Part shown: positions 27,016 through 35,697 of the stretch, in pieces
How positions within the stretch are numbered: position 1 is the stretch's first letter
How the letters are laid out: the number at the start of each line of letters is the position of its first letter
Assembly (NCBI GenBank): GCA_041562995.1
Contig: JBFFNX010000002.1
Coordinates: forward strand, 1 to 44,205
Reading direction: 5' to 3'
From: Desulfurivibrionaceae bacterium
GTDB lineage: Bacteria; Desulfobacterota; Desulfobulbia; Desulfobulbales; SURF-16
Length of the DNA: 44,205 nucleotides
Notes under the pieces: generated by a model
The model's database searches: none
What the model was told of the DNA's origin: nothing
What the model saw: the letters and a program-made list of their open reading frames with translations, nothing else
Program-made: the position numbers and the translations under genes

Positions 27016-28383
27016 TCAACCAATCAGCATGTTTTTTTGGGGCCATTGGTAGAATAATTCCTGGTGAAATCCGTGGATGGCGGCGAGCAGGAGTAAGGGT
27101 CCCAGGCGGCCGATGAACATGAGGGCGGTAATGATCCATTTGCCGGCAAGAGAGAGCTTGACGGTGAGGCCGGTGCTTAATCCCACGGTGCCAAAGGCAG
27201 AGACCACCTCAAATAACACCTCAAGGAAGAGCCCCCTGGCCTGGGGATGGGGAATGTCGCCGCCCTCGGTCATCATCAGGGCCAGGGTTGCCGTAAAGAC
27301 GATAACCATGGCAAAAACAGCAAGGATCAGGGCCTTGGACACGGCATCATCCTCCACCGCGAATTTGTTGATAACGACCTGCCGTCTTCCCATCAGCTGG
27401 GCGCCCACAAAGGCGCCCAGGACACGGAAGGTTGTTACTTTGATCCCGCCGGCACAGGATCCGGGGGCACCGCCGATCAGCATGAGAATCAGCATGACCA
27501 GCAGTGAAACATTGGTCATCTGGCCGATGGCGAGGGTGTTGAAGCCGGCGGTGCGGCAGGTCACTGACTGAAAGAGGGCGGTGAGGATGGATTCGTGGAG
27601 GGGGGCGTTGCTGTGTGCACCGATAAATTCAGCCAGGAAAAGGGCAACAGCGCCGATCCCGATTAACAGCAGGGAGGTTTTGATAACGGTGCTGGAATAC
27701 CAGCTCAGTCCAGGGGGCTTGTTGGCTTGAGCTCCTCGTGTTTTGGCGGCAACGCTATGCTGCAATTCGATGAGCACCGAAAATCCGAGCCCCCCCAGGA
27801 CGATAAGGATCATAAAAACGATATTGATCCCCCAGTTACCTTTCAGGGCCATGAGGCTCTGGTCATGCAGAGAAAAACCGGCGTTGCAGAAGGCAGAAAC
27901 CGCATGAAAGAGGGCGGAGTAGAGGGAGAAATGCTCTGGGGCCATGATGAAAATGAGCAGAGCGCCCAGCCCCTCAATAACAAAGGTCCAGAGGACAATG
28001 GCCTTGAGAACGCTCCCCATGTCAAAGGTTCGATCATGGAGAATGGTATGCCCCACCGCGATTCGGTCGGTTAACGAGATTCTGTGCCTCAAAAAATAAA
28101 AGGCCAGACTGGTAAAAGTCATGATGCCCAGGCCGCCGATCTGGATAAGGACAAAAATAACGTTTTGGCCAAATCTGGAAAAAAAGGAGCCGGTGCTGAC
28201 CACGCTGAGGCCGGTGACGCACACGGCAGAGGTGGCAGTAAAAAATGCATCCGGCCAGGAAAGGGGAGACCCGCTGGTGAAGCTTACCGGTTGGTGCAGA
28301 AGCAGGGCGCCGATGCACAGGGCCAGGCCAAAGAAGAGAACGGGCAGGGCAATGGGTGGAATGGTCTTTCGTCGGTGCGACAT
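27016..28383 (-). CDS. ktrB: K+ transporter membrane subunit (KtrB/TrkH family)
   Basis: Polytopic membrane protein with repeated pore-loop motifs ('TATSAVCVTGLS', 'AVSAFCNAGFS', 'SVTCRTAGFN', 'VVSAFGTVGLSTG'). ATG at 28383; an alternative TTG is at 28443. Confidence 0.88.
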   Translation of the reverse strand: MSHRRKTIPPIALPVLFFGLALCIGALLLHQPVSFTSGSPLSWPDAFFTATSAVCVTGLSVVSTGSFFSRFGQNVIFVLIQIGGLGIMTFTSLAFYFLRHRISLTDRIAVGHTILHDRTFDMGSVLKAIVLWTFVIEGLGALLIFIMAPEHFSLYSALFHAVSAFCNAGFSLHDQSLMALKGNWGINIVFMILIVLGGLGFSVLIELQHSVAAKTRGAQANKPPGLSWYSSTVIKTSLLLIGIGAVALFLAEFIGAHSNAPLHESILTALFQSVTCRTAGFNTLAIGQMTNVSLLVMLILMLIGGAPGSCAGGIKVTTFRVLGAFVGAQLMGRRQVVINKFAVEDDAVSKALILAVFAMVIVFTATLALMMTEGGDIPHPQARGLFLEVLFEVVSAFGTVGLSTGLTVKLSLAGKWIITALMFIGRLGPLLLLAAIHGFHQELFYQWPQKNMLIG

Positions 28384-28461
28384 GGGCTGGGTATGCTTGG
28401 TGCTAAAATGCGTGGCGAGAAATGATGGCCTTAATGGTTCCAAACGGATAGCGATCAGGCT

Positions 28462-28484
28462 CCTGGCAATAACAAGATGCCAGG
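28462..28484. repeat. Inverted repeat CCTGGCA-N9-TGCCAGG
   Basis: 7-bp perfect arms in the usp/ktrB spacer. Confidence 0.4.
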
Positions 28485-28532
28485 GGCCGGATCGATATCG
28501 AGAAGTAAAGGGGGAGACAAGAGGATCCGCCC

Positions 28533-29402
28533 TTATCGTAAAATCAGCACAGAGGATTGACTGTGGTTAACGAGCTTACCCACGAGATTTGGGGAGAATA
28601 TTTTGCCAAGCAGTGATTTCTTGCCCATCCATAAGGCCACCATGTTTTCACGGCTGACCTCTGCGACGTATTCTTCAAGGTCTTCCGGGCGGACCAGTTT
28701 GATCCAGGCATTGATCTGCCGTTCGGCATAATATTTCAATATCTGTGCGATGCTGTTCTCAACGCCGGCATTGCCCTCTGTGCCCTTGTTATCGGTAAGG
28801 CCGACTATTTTCAGCTCAGCCTGGTAGAGGGTGACGATCTGATTAATCATCTCCAGTGATGACTGGCTGACATGGGTCTGGTCAAGGCAACAGGTAATGG
28901 TGGTGGGTACTTTCTTTTCCTTGATGACCACCACGGAACAAGCCGCCTTTTTGGCAACCTTCTGGGGCAAGTCGACTTCTCCCTTCCATTGGCTATCGAG
29001 ACCCTTGGTGCAGCCGAGAACAATAAGGTCTGACTCTTGCTCACGCGCTTCAGCCAGGATTTCCTTGGCAGGATCACCAACCCGTATTTTTAACAACAAA
29101 TTTTTCCGAGAGGCAACTGCAGGTTTGTGGTCGGTAAGCTCCCATGAGCCGTTTTTCAGGATGAACTCTTGATTGTCGGCATTCCCCCCATAGGGGAGGT
29201 CGTTGGCATCGAACAGACTGATAAAATCTTGTCGGTATTGATGGAGAGTTTTCACAAGTGCTTCGTCAGGTTTGTTGTCTGGGCCTGCTGGCTGTACTGC
29301 CAGCAGGGTTATGTCCGCCCAGGTATTTGCCGCAAGTTTTGCCACCTCGCCGACAATCGTTGCACTATAAGAATGCATGTCTAAAGCTGTTATTATTCTC
29401 AT
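28533..29402 (-). CDS. Tandem universal stress protein (2x Usp domain)
   Basis: 289 aa with two Usp-like halves ('MRIITALDMHSYS...DLIVLGC...VVVIK' and '...MVALWMGKKSLLGKIFSPNLVGKLVNHSQSSVLILR'). GAGGAA SD. Confidence 0.8.
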   Translation of the reverse strand: MRIITALDMHSYSATIVGEVAKLAANTWADITLLAVQPAGPDNKPDEALVKTLHQYRQDFISLFDANDLPYGGNADNQEFILKNGSWELTDHKPAVASRKNLLLKIRVGDPAKEILAEAREQESDLIVLGCTKGLDSQWKGEVDLPQKVAKKAACSVVVIKEKKVPTTITCCLDQTHVSQSSLEMINQIVTLYQAELKIVGLTDNKGTEGNAGVENSIAQILKYYAERQINAWIKLVRPEDLEEYVAEVSRENMVALWMGKKSLLGKIFSPNLVGKLVNHSQSSVLILR

Positions 29403-29404
29403 GA

Positions 29405-30217
29405 TTAATTCCTCGCTTTATTTTGGCAGAGCAGGATTGGTGATGGGCATTGGGCAAGCAGTTCAAGCCTGGGGCTCTTTCTGACCGGAAATGATGAGGC
29501 CACCAATCGGTATTTCTTCAGCATTGCCGCAACGCCTTCAGGGGTTCCGGACACCACCATGCTGTTGGCGGGCGTTATGTTAGCCTCCTTTAAGAGTGCT
29601 TCTGCCTCGACAAGGACGCTGCCCGCCTCTTCCTTATTTATGGAGATGGTCGCTTCCGTTTCCTGGTAACGATAAAAAATAAGGTCAAAATGAATGGATT
29701 TACCCTTGAGCAGGCTAAGCGCACGAGGGATCACCGTATTATGGTCAACGCCATCACCGCAAAGCAGGGCAACAGAGTCGCTTGCGACCAAGTTCTTGAC
29801 CACCAGGATTGGACATGGTGTTTTGCTGTAGAGGGGGGAAGATATCAGTCTATAAAAATCGGTGATATCGGAGGTGTTTAAGTTGCCTTCGATAAAAAGA
29901 TCGTAGCCGCCGTTGCGCAGTTCTTCCAGAAACGCATTGTCCCGATCACCGATGAGAACTTTTGGCGAACCAATAAAGGGACACGGGACTTTTTCCGTAT
30001 TCAGCAGACGTTGGACAGCCTGATGACCCGCCTCCAGCAAACCCCGCTCCCAGGTGCGCCGCACCCAACCTGTGCCTCCAGAGTGTCTTTTTTTGTCTGG
30101 CACTTCCACATGACCTGCCTGCAACTGCAGAGCGAGAATTTCCACCAGTTGTGATGCATATCTGAGGGCAATGCTGGAAGGGAGATTTTCATCCAAAGCT
30201 AGAAGACCCATATTCAT
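29405..30217 (-). CDS. Divergent tandem Usp-like protein
   Basis: About 270 aa with two alpha/beta Usp-like halves ending '...CPILVVK' and '...SPILLC'. No clear G-x2-G-x9-G(S/T) ATP motif is visible. Start at 30217 (AGAGGT SD); the ORF-track ATG is at 30244. Confidence 0.55.
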   Translation of the reverse strand: MNMGLLALDENLPSSIALRYASQLVEILALQLQAGHVEVPDKKRHSGGTGWVRRTWERGLLEAGHQAVQRLLNTEKVPCPFIGSPKVLIGDRDNAFLEELRNGGYDLFIEGNLNTSDITDFYRLISSPLYSKTPCPILVVKNLVASDSVALLCGDGVDHNTVIPRALSLLKGKSIHFDLIFYRYQETEATISINKEEAGSVLVEAEALLKEANITPANSMVVSGTPEGVAAMLKKYRLVASSFPVRKSPRLELLAQCPSPILLCQNKARN

Positions 30218-30258
30218 ATCAATTACCTCTTTCTTTCCTGCCATGAGACATGGCGTGG

Positions 30259-30648
30259 TTATAGGGTTTGTCTTATTTTTTGTTCCGCTTTGCTGATAAC
30301 CGCACTGATTTCACCAATCTTGAACGGTTTTGCTAGAAAATCAAAAACACCTTTTTGAAATGATTCCTTGGCGGTTTCCATGGTGGCGAAGCCAGTGATC
30401 ACAATGATCTCGGTGGCGGGTGATTTTTCTTTGACCGCGGTGAGAAACTCCATGCCGTCCAGACCTTCCATTTTCAAGTCGGTGATGACGATATCAAAGG
30501 AACGTTCATTGGTCCGTTTCAGGGCCTCGGCGCTGACCGTAAAGGTTTCAACCTCGTACCCCTGTTTTTCCAGGGATGGTTTGAGACGTTTGCTGACTAT
30601 GGGCTCATCATCGAGAATCAGGATGCTGGTTTTTTGTTGGGCGCTCAT
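30259..30648 (-). CDS. Stand-alone response regulator receiver
   Basis: 129 aa. 'ILILDDE', 'DIVITDLKMEG', 'VITGF' and 'AKPF' are present. The start ATG overlaps the upstream stop (ATGA). A GGAGG SD precedes it. Confidence 0.9.
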   Translation of the reverse strand: MSAQQKTSILILDDEPIVSKRLKPSLEKQGYEVETFTVSAEALKRTNERSFDIVITDLKMEGLDGMEFLTAVKEKSPATEIIVITGFATMETAKESFQKGVFDFLAKPFKIGEISAVISKAEQKIRQTL

Positions 30649-33212
30649 ATGTTTACCTCCATGAGTTTGTTGAATTTATCTATGTATAGATTTATGTGTT
30701 GCTCGCTCAGCATTTTCACATCAAGCTGCCGGGTGAAACCGACCAGCCAGCCGAGCACTTGCAGGCGCTGTAACATGCCTTCTTTGTCCATTTTTTTAAT
30801 GCGGGCCACGACCAGATCGTCATGCAGCTCAACCCGGAAATCATGGCGGGCCAAGACGCGCCCCAGAAATTCTGCCCGCCGGCAGCGTCTGGTCTCGTCT
30901 GTCACCCCGCCAAAAAAACGGAAATAGGCATAGTTGTCGTTGATGTTATCGGTCACATAGCTGTCGATCATGGTGAAATGATAGCCCAGCCGCAGACTGA
31001 CATTGGCATATTCTTTCGAGATCACCGCCAGGTTCTGGCCAACATATTTGGGTGATGCCAGTTCCGTTGAGAAGGTCCTGGTCAGGCTGGACATGAAACT
31101 TCTCATATCCACCGACATGGGCTCATTGTCCCAGGCCAGTGGATGGCTGAGGCCCTTCAGAAGGGCCAGCATGGGTACCGAGAGGATCGCCTCCGGCATT
31201 ACCTCGCCTTTTCGGGAGCCTGACCGCAGCCCGCCATCAATGTCGATTAGCACGAGGTCAAGCGGAATGTTCAACCGCAATTTGCCGGAGGTGGTCTTCG
31301 GATCATGTTGTTGGTAATAATTGCGGTCAATAAGTTCTTCCACGGCCTTTTCATGGACAAAACGGGTAATATCATGAAGAGTGCGGCAGGCCACTGGCGT
31401 AAAACTCTTTTCTGCCGGATCCAGAAGGTTGAGCGGGGCAATATTTTTCAGCACCCTCCGTAACAGCCTGTACTCCGAGGTTTCCTCAATGGCTTCTTCG
31501 CTCAGTTCATACAAGCAGAGTTCATTGACCAGGCCTTGATAGACGATATTGGCCTCGGCATCGACGGTGATCTCCTGGCCAGGATGCAGGAGCTCGGTGG
31601 CATTGCCGGTATTGACAATGCACGGTACCCGAAACTCCCTGGCAATGGTGGCCAGATGTCCGGTGGGTGAGCCAATATCAGTCAGAATGGCGCTGACCTT
31701 GGCCATGACTTTAGCGAGCAGAGGTGACGCAAAGCGGGTCACCAGAATGGCCCCGGCAGGAACGTCACGAAGCTTTGAGTCCTCGGAGAACATATAGACT
31801 TGACCCGTAGCAACACCGGCCTGGGCAATTTCCCCCTGATCACGGAAGAGAACCGGGTACTGACGAAGGAGTTTGGCAAGCTCAGGGGCCTTGGGTGCAT
31901 CTGTCTGGTCAATATTTAAGGGCCGGGACTGAAGGACGATGACCTGGCCTTGCCTGTCAATGGCGAACTCAATGTCCTGCGGTTTTTTGAAATATTTCTC
32001 GATAAGCAGCCCTGTTGCCGCAATCTGTTTAATTTGGTCGTTATTGAGGCAAGCCTGGGTTTGCCGGTCAATGGCTACCGGGTTCAGGGCCGTGCCGCCA
32101 CCAGCAATCGGGTTGAGAGCTGATTTCTTACGCACCAGTTGCATTTCTTTGACATGGTGAGGGCTAGTGCGGTCGATGGTAAAGCGATCGCCACTGACTT
32201 GCCCAGATACGACCGGAGCGCCGAGACCCCATGTGGCGCTGAGTTGCATGGCCCCGCCATGGCCATGCTGAGGGTCAAGGGTGTACAGAACTCCGCTGGC
32301 AACAGCGGCAACCATAACCTGGCAGGCGACCGCCATTGTTACTTCGTCTTCGTGGAAGCCAATTTTCTGGCGATACATAAGGGCAGTTTCACTGTAAGCG
32401 CTGGCCACCACTTGGCGGTAGGCGTTAGCAAGTTCTGCGGCCGGAACATTGAGAATAGTTTTATATTGACCGGCGAAACTGCGTTCGCCATCTTCGCCCC
32501 AGGCACTGCTTCGGACTGCGAATAATACTGGTTTGTGTTTGTCGCTGCCGCTCAGCTGCCCCAGGCTGCGGGTGAGTTCCTTCTCCAGCTTGTTCGGCAG
32601 TTTACTGTTGAGAATAAGTTTTCGGATCTTTTTGGTAGCATCTTCCAGAGAAACTTTTTCGTCTCTCCAGGCCCCGAGAATTCCGTCAATATTCTCCTGT
32701 AGATTATTCTTTGCAAGAAACGCGTGAAAGGCGGCGCCGGTCACCGCAAAGCCGTCAGGTATTCTTAAGGCGAGGAAATTGTGAATTTCCGCAATGCTTG
32801 CATTTTTACCGCCCACCGATTCCGAAGAGTTACGGTTGATGGCGTTGTATGCGACGGTAAAGGGCCCAAAATGACAGTAAGGACGGCCTGCCAAATCCTT
32901 TTCGATCTCTGCTACGATTCGCCGATAAGTGTCGTGCAGTGCCATGTATTTATTAGGCGCGATGGTGTTAAGATCATGAATGAGTTTCAACACCTGGTCG
33001 CTTATCCGTTGACAGGTGGTTTCGATATAATGGCGGTCAAAGATATAATTGCCGCCTAATTTGTCATTAACTTCAGCAATCATTTCCAGAACATTGTTAT
33101 TGATGGTCAGTATGTCCTGAAATTTGCTGAATAGAACCGAAAAGGGCACAGCAGCGGTCATTGCTCTCTTGCGTGGCAATAGCTCAATGATATTTTTAAT
33201 TATTTTTTTCAT
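30645..33212 (-). CDS. PpsA-like protein: ATP-grasp (PPDK_N) + phosphohistidine swivel domain + non-canonical C-terminal domain
   Basis: 'GGKNASIAEI', 'VRSSAWGEDGERSFAGQY' and 'QDIEFAID' belong to the PEP synthase nucleotide-binding domain. 'TDIGSPTGHLATIAREFRVPCIV' is the swivel His. The last roughly 290 aa lack the 'GTNDL' and 'CGE' motifs of the PEP/pyruvate TIM barrel. The first ATG is at 33212; a TTG at 33296 is possible. Confidence 0.8.
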   Translation of the reverse strand: MKKIIKNIIELLPRKRAMTAAVPFSVLFSKFQDILTINNNVLEMIAEVNDKLGGNYIFDRHYIETTCQRISDQVLKLIHDLNTIAPNKYMALHDTYRRIVAEIEKDLAGRPYCHFGPFTVAYNAINRNSSESVGGKNASIAEIHNFLALRIPDGFAVTGAAFHAFLAKNNLQENIDGILGAWRDEKVSLEDATKKIRKLILNSKLPNKLEKELTRSLGQLSGSDKHKPVLFAVRSSAWGEDGERSFAGQYKTILNVPAAELANAYRQVVASAYSETALMYRQKIGFHEDEVTMAVACQVMVAAVASGVLYTLDPQHGHGGAMQLSATWGLGAPVVSGQVSGDRFTIDRTSPHHVKEMQLVRKKSALNPIAGGGTALNPVAIDRQTQACLNNDQIKQIAATGLLIEKYFKKPQDIEFAIDRQGQVIVLQSRPLNIDQTDAPKAPELAKLLRQYPVLFRDQGEIAQAGVATGQVYMFSEDSKLRDVPAGAILVTRFASPLLAKVMAKVSAILTDIGSPTGHLATIAREFRVPCIVNTGNATELLHPGQEITVDAEANIVYQGLVNELCLYELSEEAIEETSEYRLLRRVLKNIAPLNLLDPAEKSFTPVACRTLHDITRFVHEKAVEELIDRNYYQQHDPKTTSGKLRLNIPLDLVLIDIDGGLRSGSRKGEVMPEAILSVPMLALLKGLSHPLAWDNEPMSVDMRSFMSSLTRTFSTELASPKYVGQNLAVISKEYANVSLRLGYHFTMIDSYVTDNINDNYAYFRFFGGVTDETRRCRRAEFLGRVLARHDFRVELHDDLVVARIKKMDKEGMLQRLQVLGWLVGFTRQLDVKMLSEQHINLYIDKFNKLMEVNI

Positions 33213-33408
33213 TACTACATCTTCCGGTTCTTGCTGTAGGTGTGGTTGCTGTGCCTGGTTGGACGGGTGTGATTTGGTGGCCTCTTTCCCATGCAATGCT
33301 GCTGCATGGGAAAGGGGCCTGGATTCATGTTGACAGTAGTGATTATAGCGTAAAAATACTTGCTACTTCCATATCCTGCTTGAAACTAAGTAACAGTGTC
33401 CACCTTAA

Positions 33409-34176
33409 TTAGTGGGCACCGCTCTTACCCTTGAAGGCGATGCCCATGAAAAGACCTGCCATGACCGCGATCGCCACTGACATGATGCCGAACCAGAGTC
33501 CATTGCCATACGCCATTTTAGAAAGTTGTTGTGGAAATCCCACCTGTTGCAGGGTCAATGGCTTGCTGGAGCTGCCTATGATGCTGCCGTCCTGCAGCGC
33601 AGCCACCTCGACGGCATAATCTCCAGGTTTCATGTTGGATGGTATAGACATCGTGGTCTCATAGGATTTTATCCCGCCTGCTTCCGGACCATAGCTTACG
33701 CCACCGGGTGTGCTTGAATAGAGGGCATCCTTGCTCTTGAGACGGATAAACTCCTGCAGGAGGAAATCATTATCACTGCTTGCTGGAGATATTTCGATGC
33801 GGCTTTTCAGGGCTGGGAAGCCGAAATCCTGCGCCGCTGAAGTATCCAGATCCATCAGGCCGCTTCCGGTGGCAACCTTATAAACTTTTGGCGCATTTTC
33901 AAAGATGAGGTCGCTGGTGTTCATCCACAACAGGCCGGCGACTTTACCTTTTCTTTTTAGGTGTAGTTCCTCTCCTTCACCACTCAGCCTTACCACAATC
34001 TCGGCCGCTGCAGGGATTTGGCCAGTTACCTTGACGGTGGTACCGTTATAAAAGGTGCCGATATCCACGGTTTCCGGGGTGAGGTTGATGTCCAGGGTGG
34101 CCCCTTTGGCATTGCCACTCTGTAGCCAGAGGCCAGTCAGCAGAATAAAAAAGTATAATTTATGGTTTTTCTTCAT
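33409..34176 (-). CDS. TIGR02186/Alph_Pro_TM-like membrane protein (signal peptide, periplasmic domain, C-terminal TM)
   Basis: 255 aa. Signal peptide 'LYFFILLTGLWLQSGNA', 'GLLWMNTSDLIFENAPKVYKV', 'MKPGDYAVEV' and the C-terminal helix 'LWFGIMSVAIAVMAGLFMGIAF'. The family assignment is from memory of the profile. Confidence 0.55.
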   Translation of the reverse strand: MKKNHKLYFFILLTGLWLQSGNAKGATLDINLTPETVDIGTFYNGTTVKVTGQIPAAAEIVVRLSGEGEELHLKRKGKVAGLLWMNTSDLIFENAPKVYKVATGSGLMDLDTSAAQDFGFPALKSRIEISPASSDNDFLLQEFIRLKSKDALYSSTPGGVSYGPEAGGIKSYETTMSIPSNMKPGDYAVEVAALQDGSIIGSSSKPLTLQQVGFPQQLSKMAYGNGLWFGIMSVAIAVMAGLFMGIAFKGKSGAH

Positions 34177-34177
34177 T

Positions 34178-35113
34178 TTAGTGCCCTCCCTTCATGGCAA
34201 TCATAAAATCAGGGGTCATAAGGAGACCAGCCAGCATCTTCACGCAGACCAGGAGTACAAGGGATGCTAGGAGGATTTTGAGTTGATCACCCTTCAGCTT
34301 TTTGCTGACCTTGGTGCCAACTTGGGCGCCAAGGGTTGAGCCGAGTAACAGCAGAACAGCCAGGACAAAGTCCACGGTATGGTTGGTCTTCGCCTGCATG
34401 ATGGTGACATTGACACAGGTGAAGAGAATCTGGAAAAGGCTGGTTCCTACCACAACATGCATGGGCATGCGCAGAAGATAGACCATGACCGGGACCATGA
34501 TAAAGCCGCCGCCAACACCCATGATCGCCGCGAGCACGCCTACGAAAACGCCCAGAAAAAGCGGCACGAGTATGGAGAGTTCCACCCCCGATTTGTCAAA
34601 ACGGGTCTGGAAGGGGATTTTTTTGAATATCAGTGCGTAAGTGGATTGTTTCTTCGGCGTTGCTGAGATCTCAACCACTTCCGATGCCGTTGTTTTTTTC
34701 AAACTCATCAGGCTTTCGATGAACATGTAGCTGCCAACTCCACCTAGCATCAAGACATAGGTGAGACTGATCAAGAAATCGGCGTTGCCCATGGCGCGCA
34801 GGATCTTGATGAGCTGAACGCCCACCGTGCCGCCGGCAACACCGCCGATCAGCAGCAGCACACCCATTTTGACATCGACGTTACCGAGTCGCCAGTGGGC
34901 CAAGGTGCCGGATGTCGAGGCGCCAACGATCTGATTTGAATCCGAGGCAGCTGCCACGGTGGCAGGAATACCAAACATCATGAGCAGAGGGGTCATGAGA
35001 AACCCTCCTCCGACGCCAAAGATTCCAGACAGGAGCCCGACAAAGCCTCCAAGCCCGAAGATAGTAAGTATGTTCACGCTGTTACCAGCGATGGGAAGAT
35101 ACATGTGCCACAT
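34178..35113 (-). CDS. TauE/SafE (DUF81) family anion exporter/permease
   Basis: Polytopic membrane protein with Gly-rich repeated helices ('GGFVGLLSGIFGVGGGFLMTPLLM', 'LAAIMGVGGGFIMVPVMVYLL'). Start at ATG 35113 with an AAGGAG SD; the longer ORF to 35251 is probably leader. Confidence 0.85.
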   Translation of the reverse strand: MWHMYLPIAGNSVNILTIFGLGGFVGLLSGIFGVGGGFLMTPLLMMFGIPATVAAASDSNQIVGASTSGTLAHWRLGNVDVKMGVLLLIGGVAGGTVGVQLIKILRAMGNADFLISLTYVLMLGGVGSYMFIESLMSLKKTTASEVVEISATPKKQSTYALIFKKIPFQTRFDKSGVELSILVPLFLGVFVGVLAAIMGVGGGFIMVPVMVYLLRMPMHVVVGTSLFQILFTCVNVTIMQAKTNHTVDFVLAVLLLLGSTLGAQVGTKVSKKLKGDQLKILLASLVLLVCVKMLAGLLMTPDFMIAMKGGH

Positions 35114-35185
35114 TGTCTCAGTGCTCCTTTGTTGTTTAGTATTGAAAGTTAAACCACGGTCCTGCATCACATGGTATGGCCCTAT

Positions 35186-35202
35186 TACAGATTTTGTGCC
35201 AG
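35186..35202 (-). promoter_or_regulatory. Weak candidate sigma-54 (-24/-12) promoter
   Basis: The minus strand reads TGGCAC-AAAAT-CTGT. The -24 element is perfect and the GG-to-G spacing is canonical. The -12 element is TGT rather than TGC. It lies about 75 nt upstream of the TauE ATG. Confidence 0.3.
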
Positions 35203-35434
35203 AGTGGTTGCGGGAGGGGGTGCGAAACACTGCTAAGGTATAAAAAAGCACATTAGTTCAGGAGCTTATTGTTTTTTTTAATAAAACGATCGAGGTGGTC
35301 AGGAAAGAAAGGTGACGACAAATGCAGAGCCTTCTGGATTTTCAGGAGAATGGCGAGGATGGTGTTATCTCCTTGTTTTTACGTAATTAGTTTGTTGTTA
35401 TGAGAAGTTGGGAGGATATGCCGAGCTGGGGGGG

Positions 35435-35450
35435 TGTTTCATAATGAAAT
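35435..35450. promoter_or_regulatory. Palindromic repeat copy 1: TGTTTCA-TAA-TGAAAT (candidate activator-binding site)
   Basis: Seen directly. One of three copies in the 658-bp spacer downstream of the NtrC-type gene and upstream of the TauE operon. Confidence 0.45.
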
Positions 35451-35569
35451 TTGTTTATTCCTTTATTGATGGCGTGCTTTGGATAGGGCGGTTGGAGATT
35501 CAGAAACGCAAAAGGGATTATCTTCTTAGCTGCAGGGAGTTATAGGGCAAAAGGGTATCGACTTCGGGA

Positions 35570-35585
35570 TGTTTCAATGTGAAAT
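35570..35585. promoter_or_regulatory. Palindromic repeat copy 2: TGTTTCA-ATG-TGAAAT
   Basis: Seen directly. Its centre is 135 bp from copy 1. Confidence 0.45.
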
Positions 35586-35681
35586 GCGAGGCTATCTGAA
35601 GAGGCCGGGCAGAGCCGACCTGGCAGAGCAGGAGGACTGGCAACTCCCGCAGGGCCTTCTGGGTCAAGGCCCAAGAGAAAG

Positions 35682-35697
35682 TGTTTCAGATTGAATT
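35682..35697. promoter_or_regulatory. Palindromic repeat copy 3 (degenerate): TGTTTCA-GAT-TGAATT
   Basis: Seen directly. Its centre is 112 bp from copy 2. There is one mismatch in the right arm. Confidence 0.4.

Noticed and set aside
28462-28484. Sigma-54 promoter reading TGGCAT-...-TTGC on the minus strand upstream of ktrB
   Set aside because: The GG-to-GC spacing is 12 nt rather than the canonical 10, so it does not fit a -24/-12 promoter. Kept only as an inverted repeat.
28384-28532. c-di-AMP (ydaO/kimA-type) riboswitch upstream of the K+ transporter genes
   Set aside because: The spacer is short, and I could not find the pseudo-twofold-symmetric conserved cores. A covariance-model search would be needed to exclude it formally.
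35114-35251. N-terminal 46-aa extension of the TauE permease ORF
   Set aside because: The extension is hydrophilic and non-conserved-looking. A strong AAGGAG SD precedes the internal ATG at 35113, and the candidate -24/-12 element lies inside the extension.
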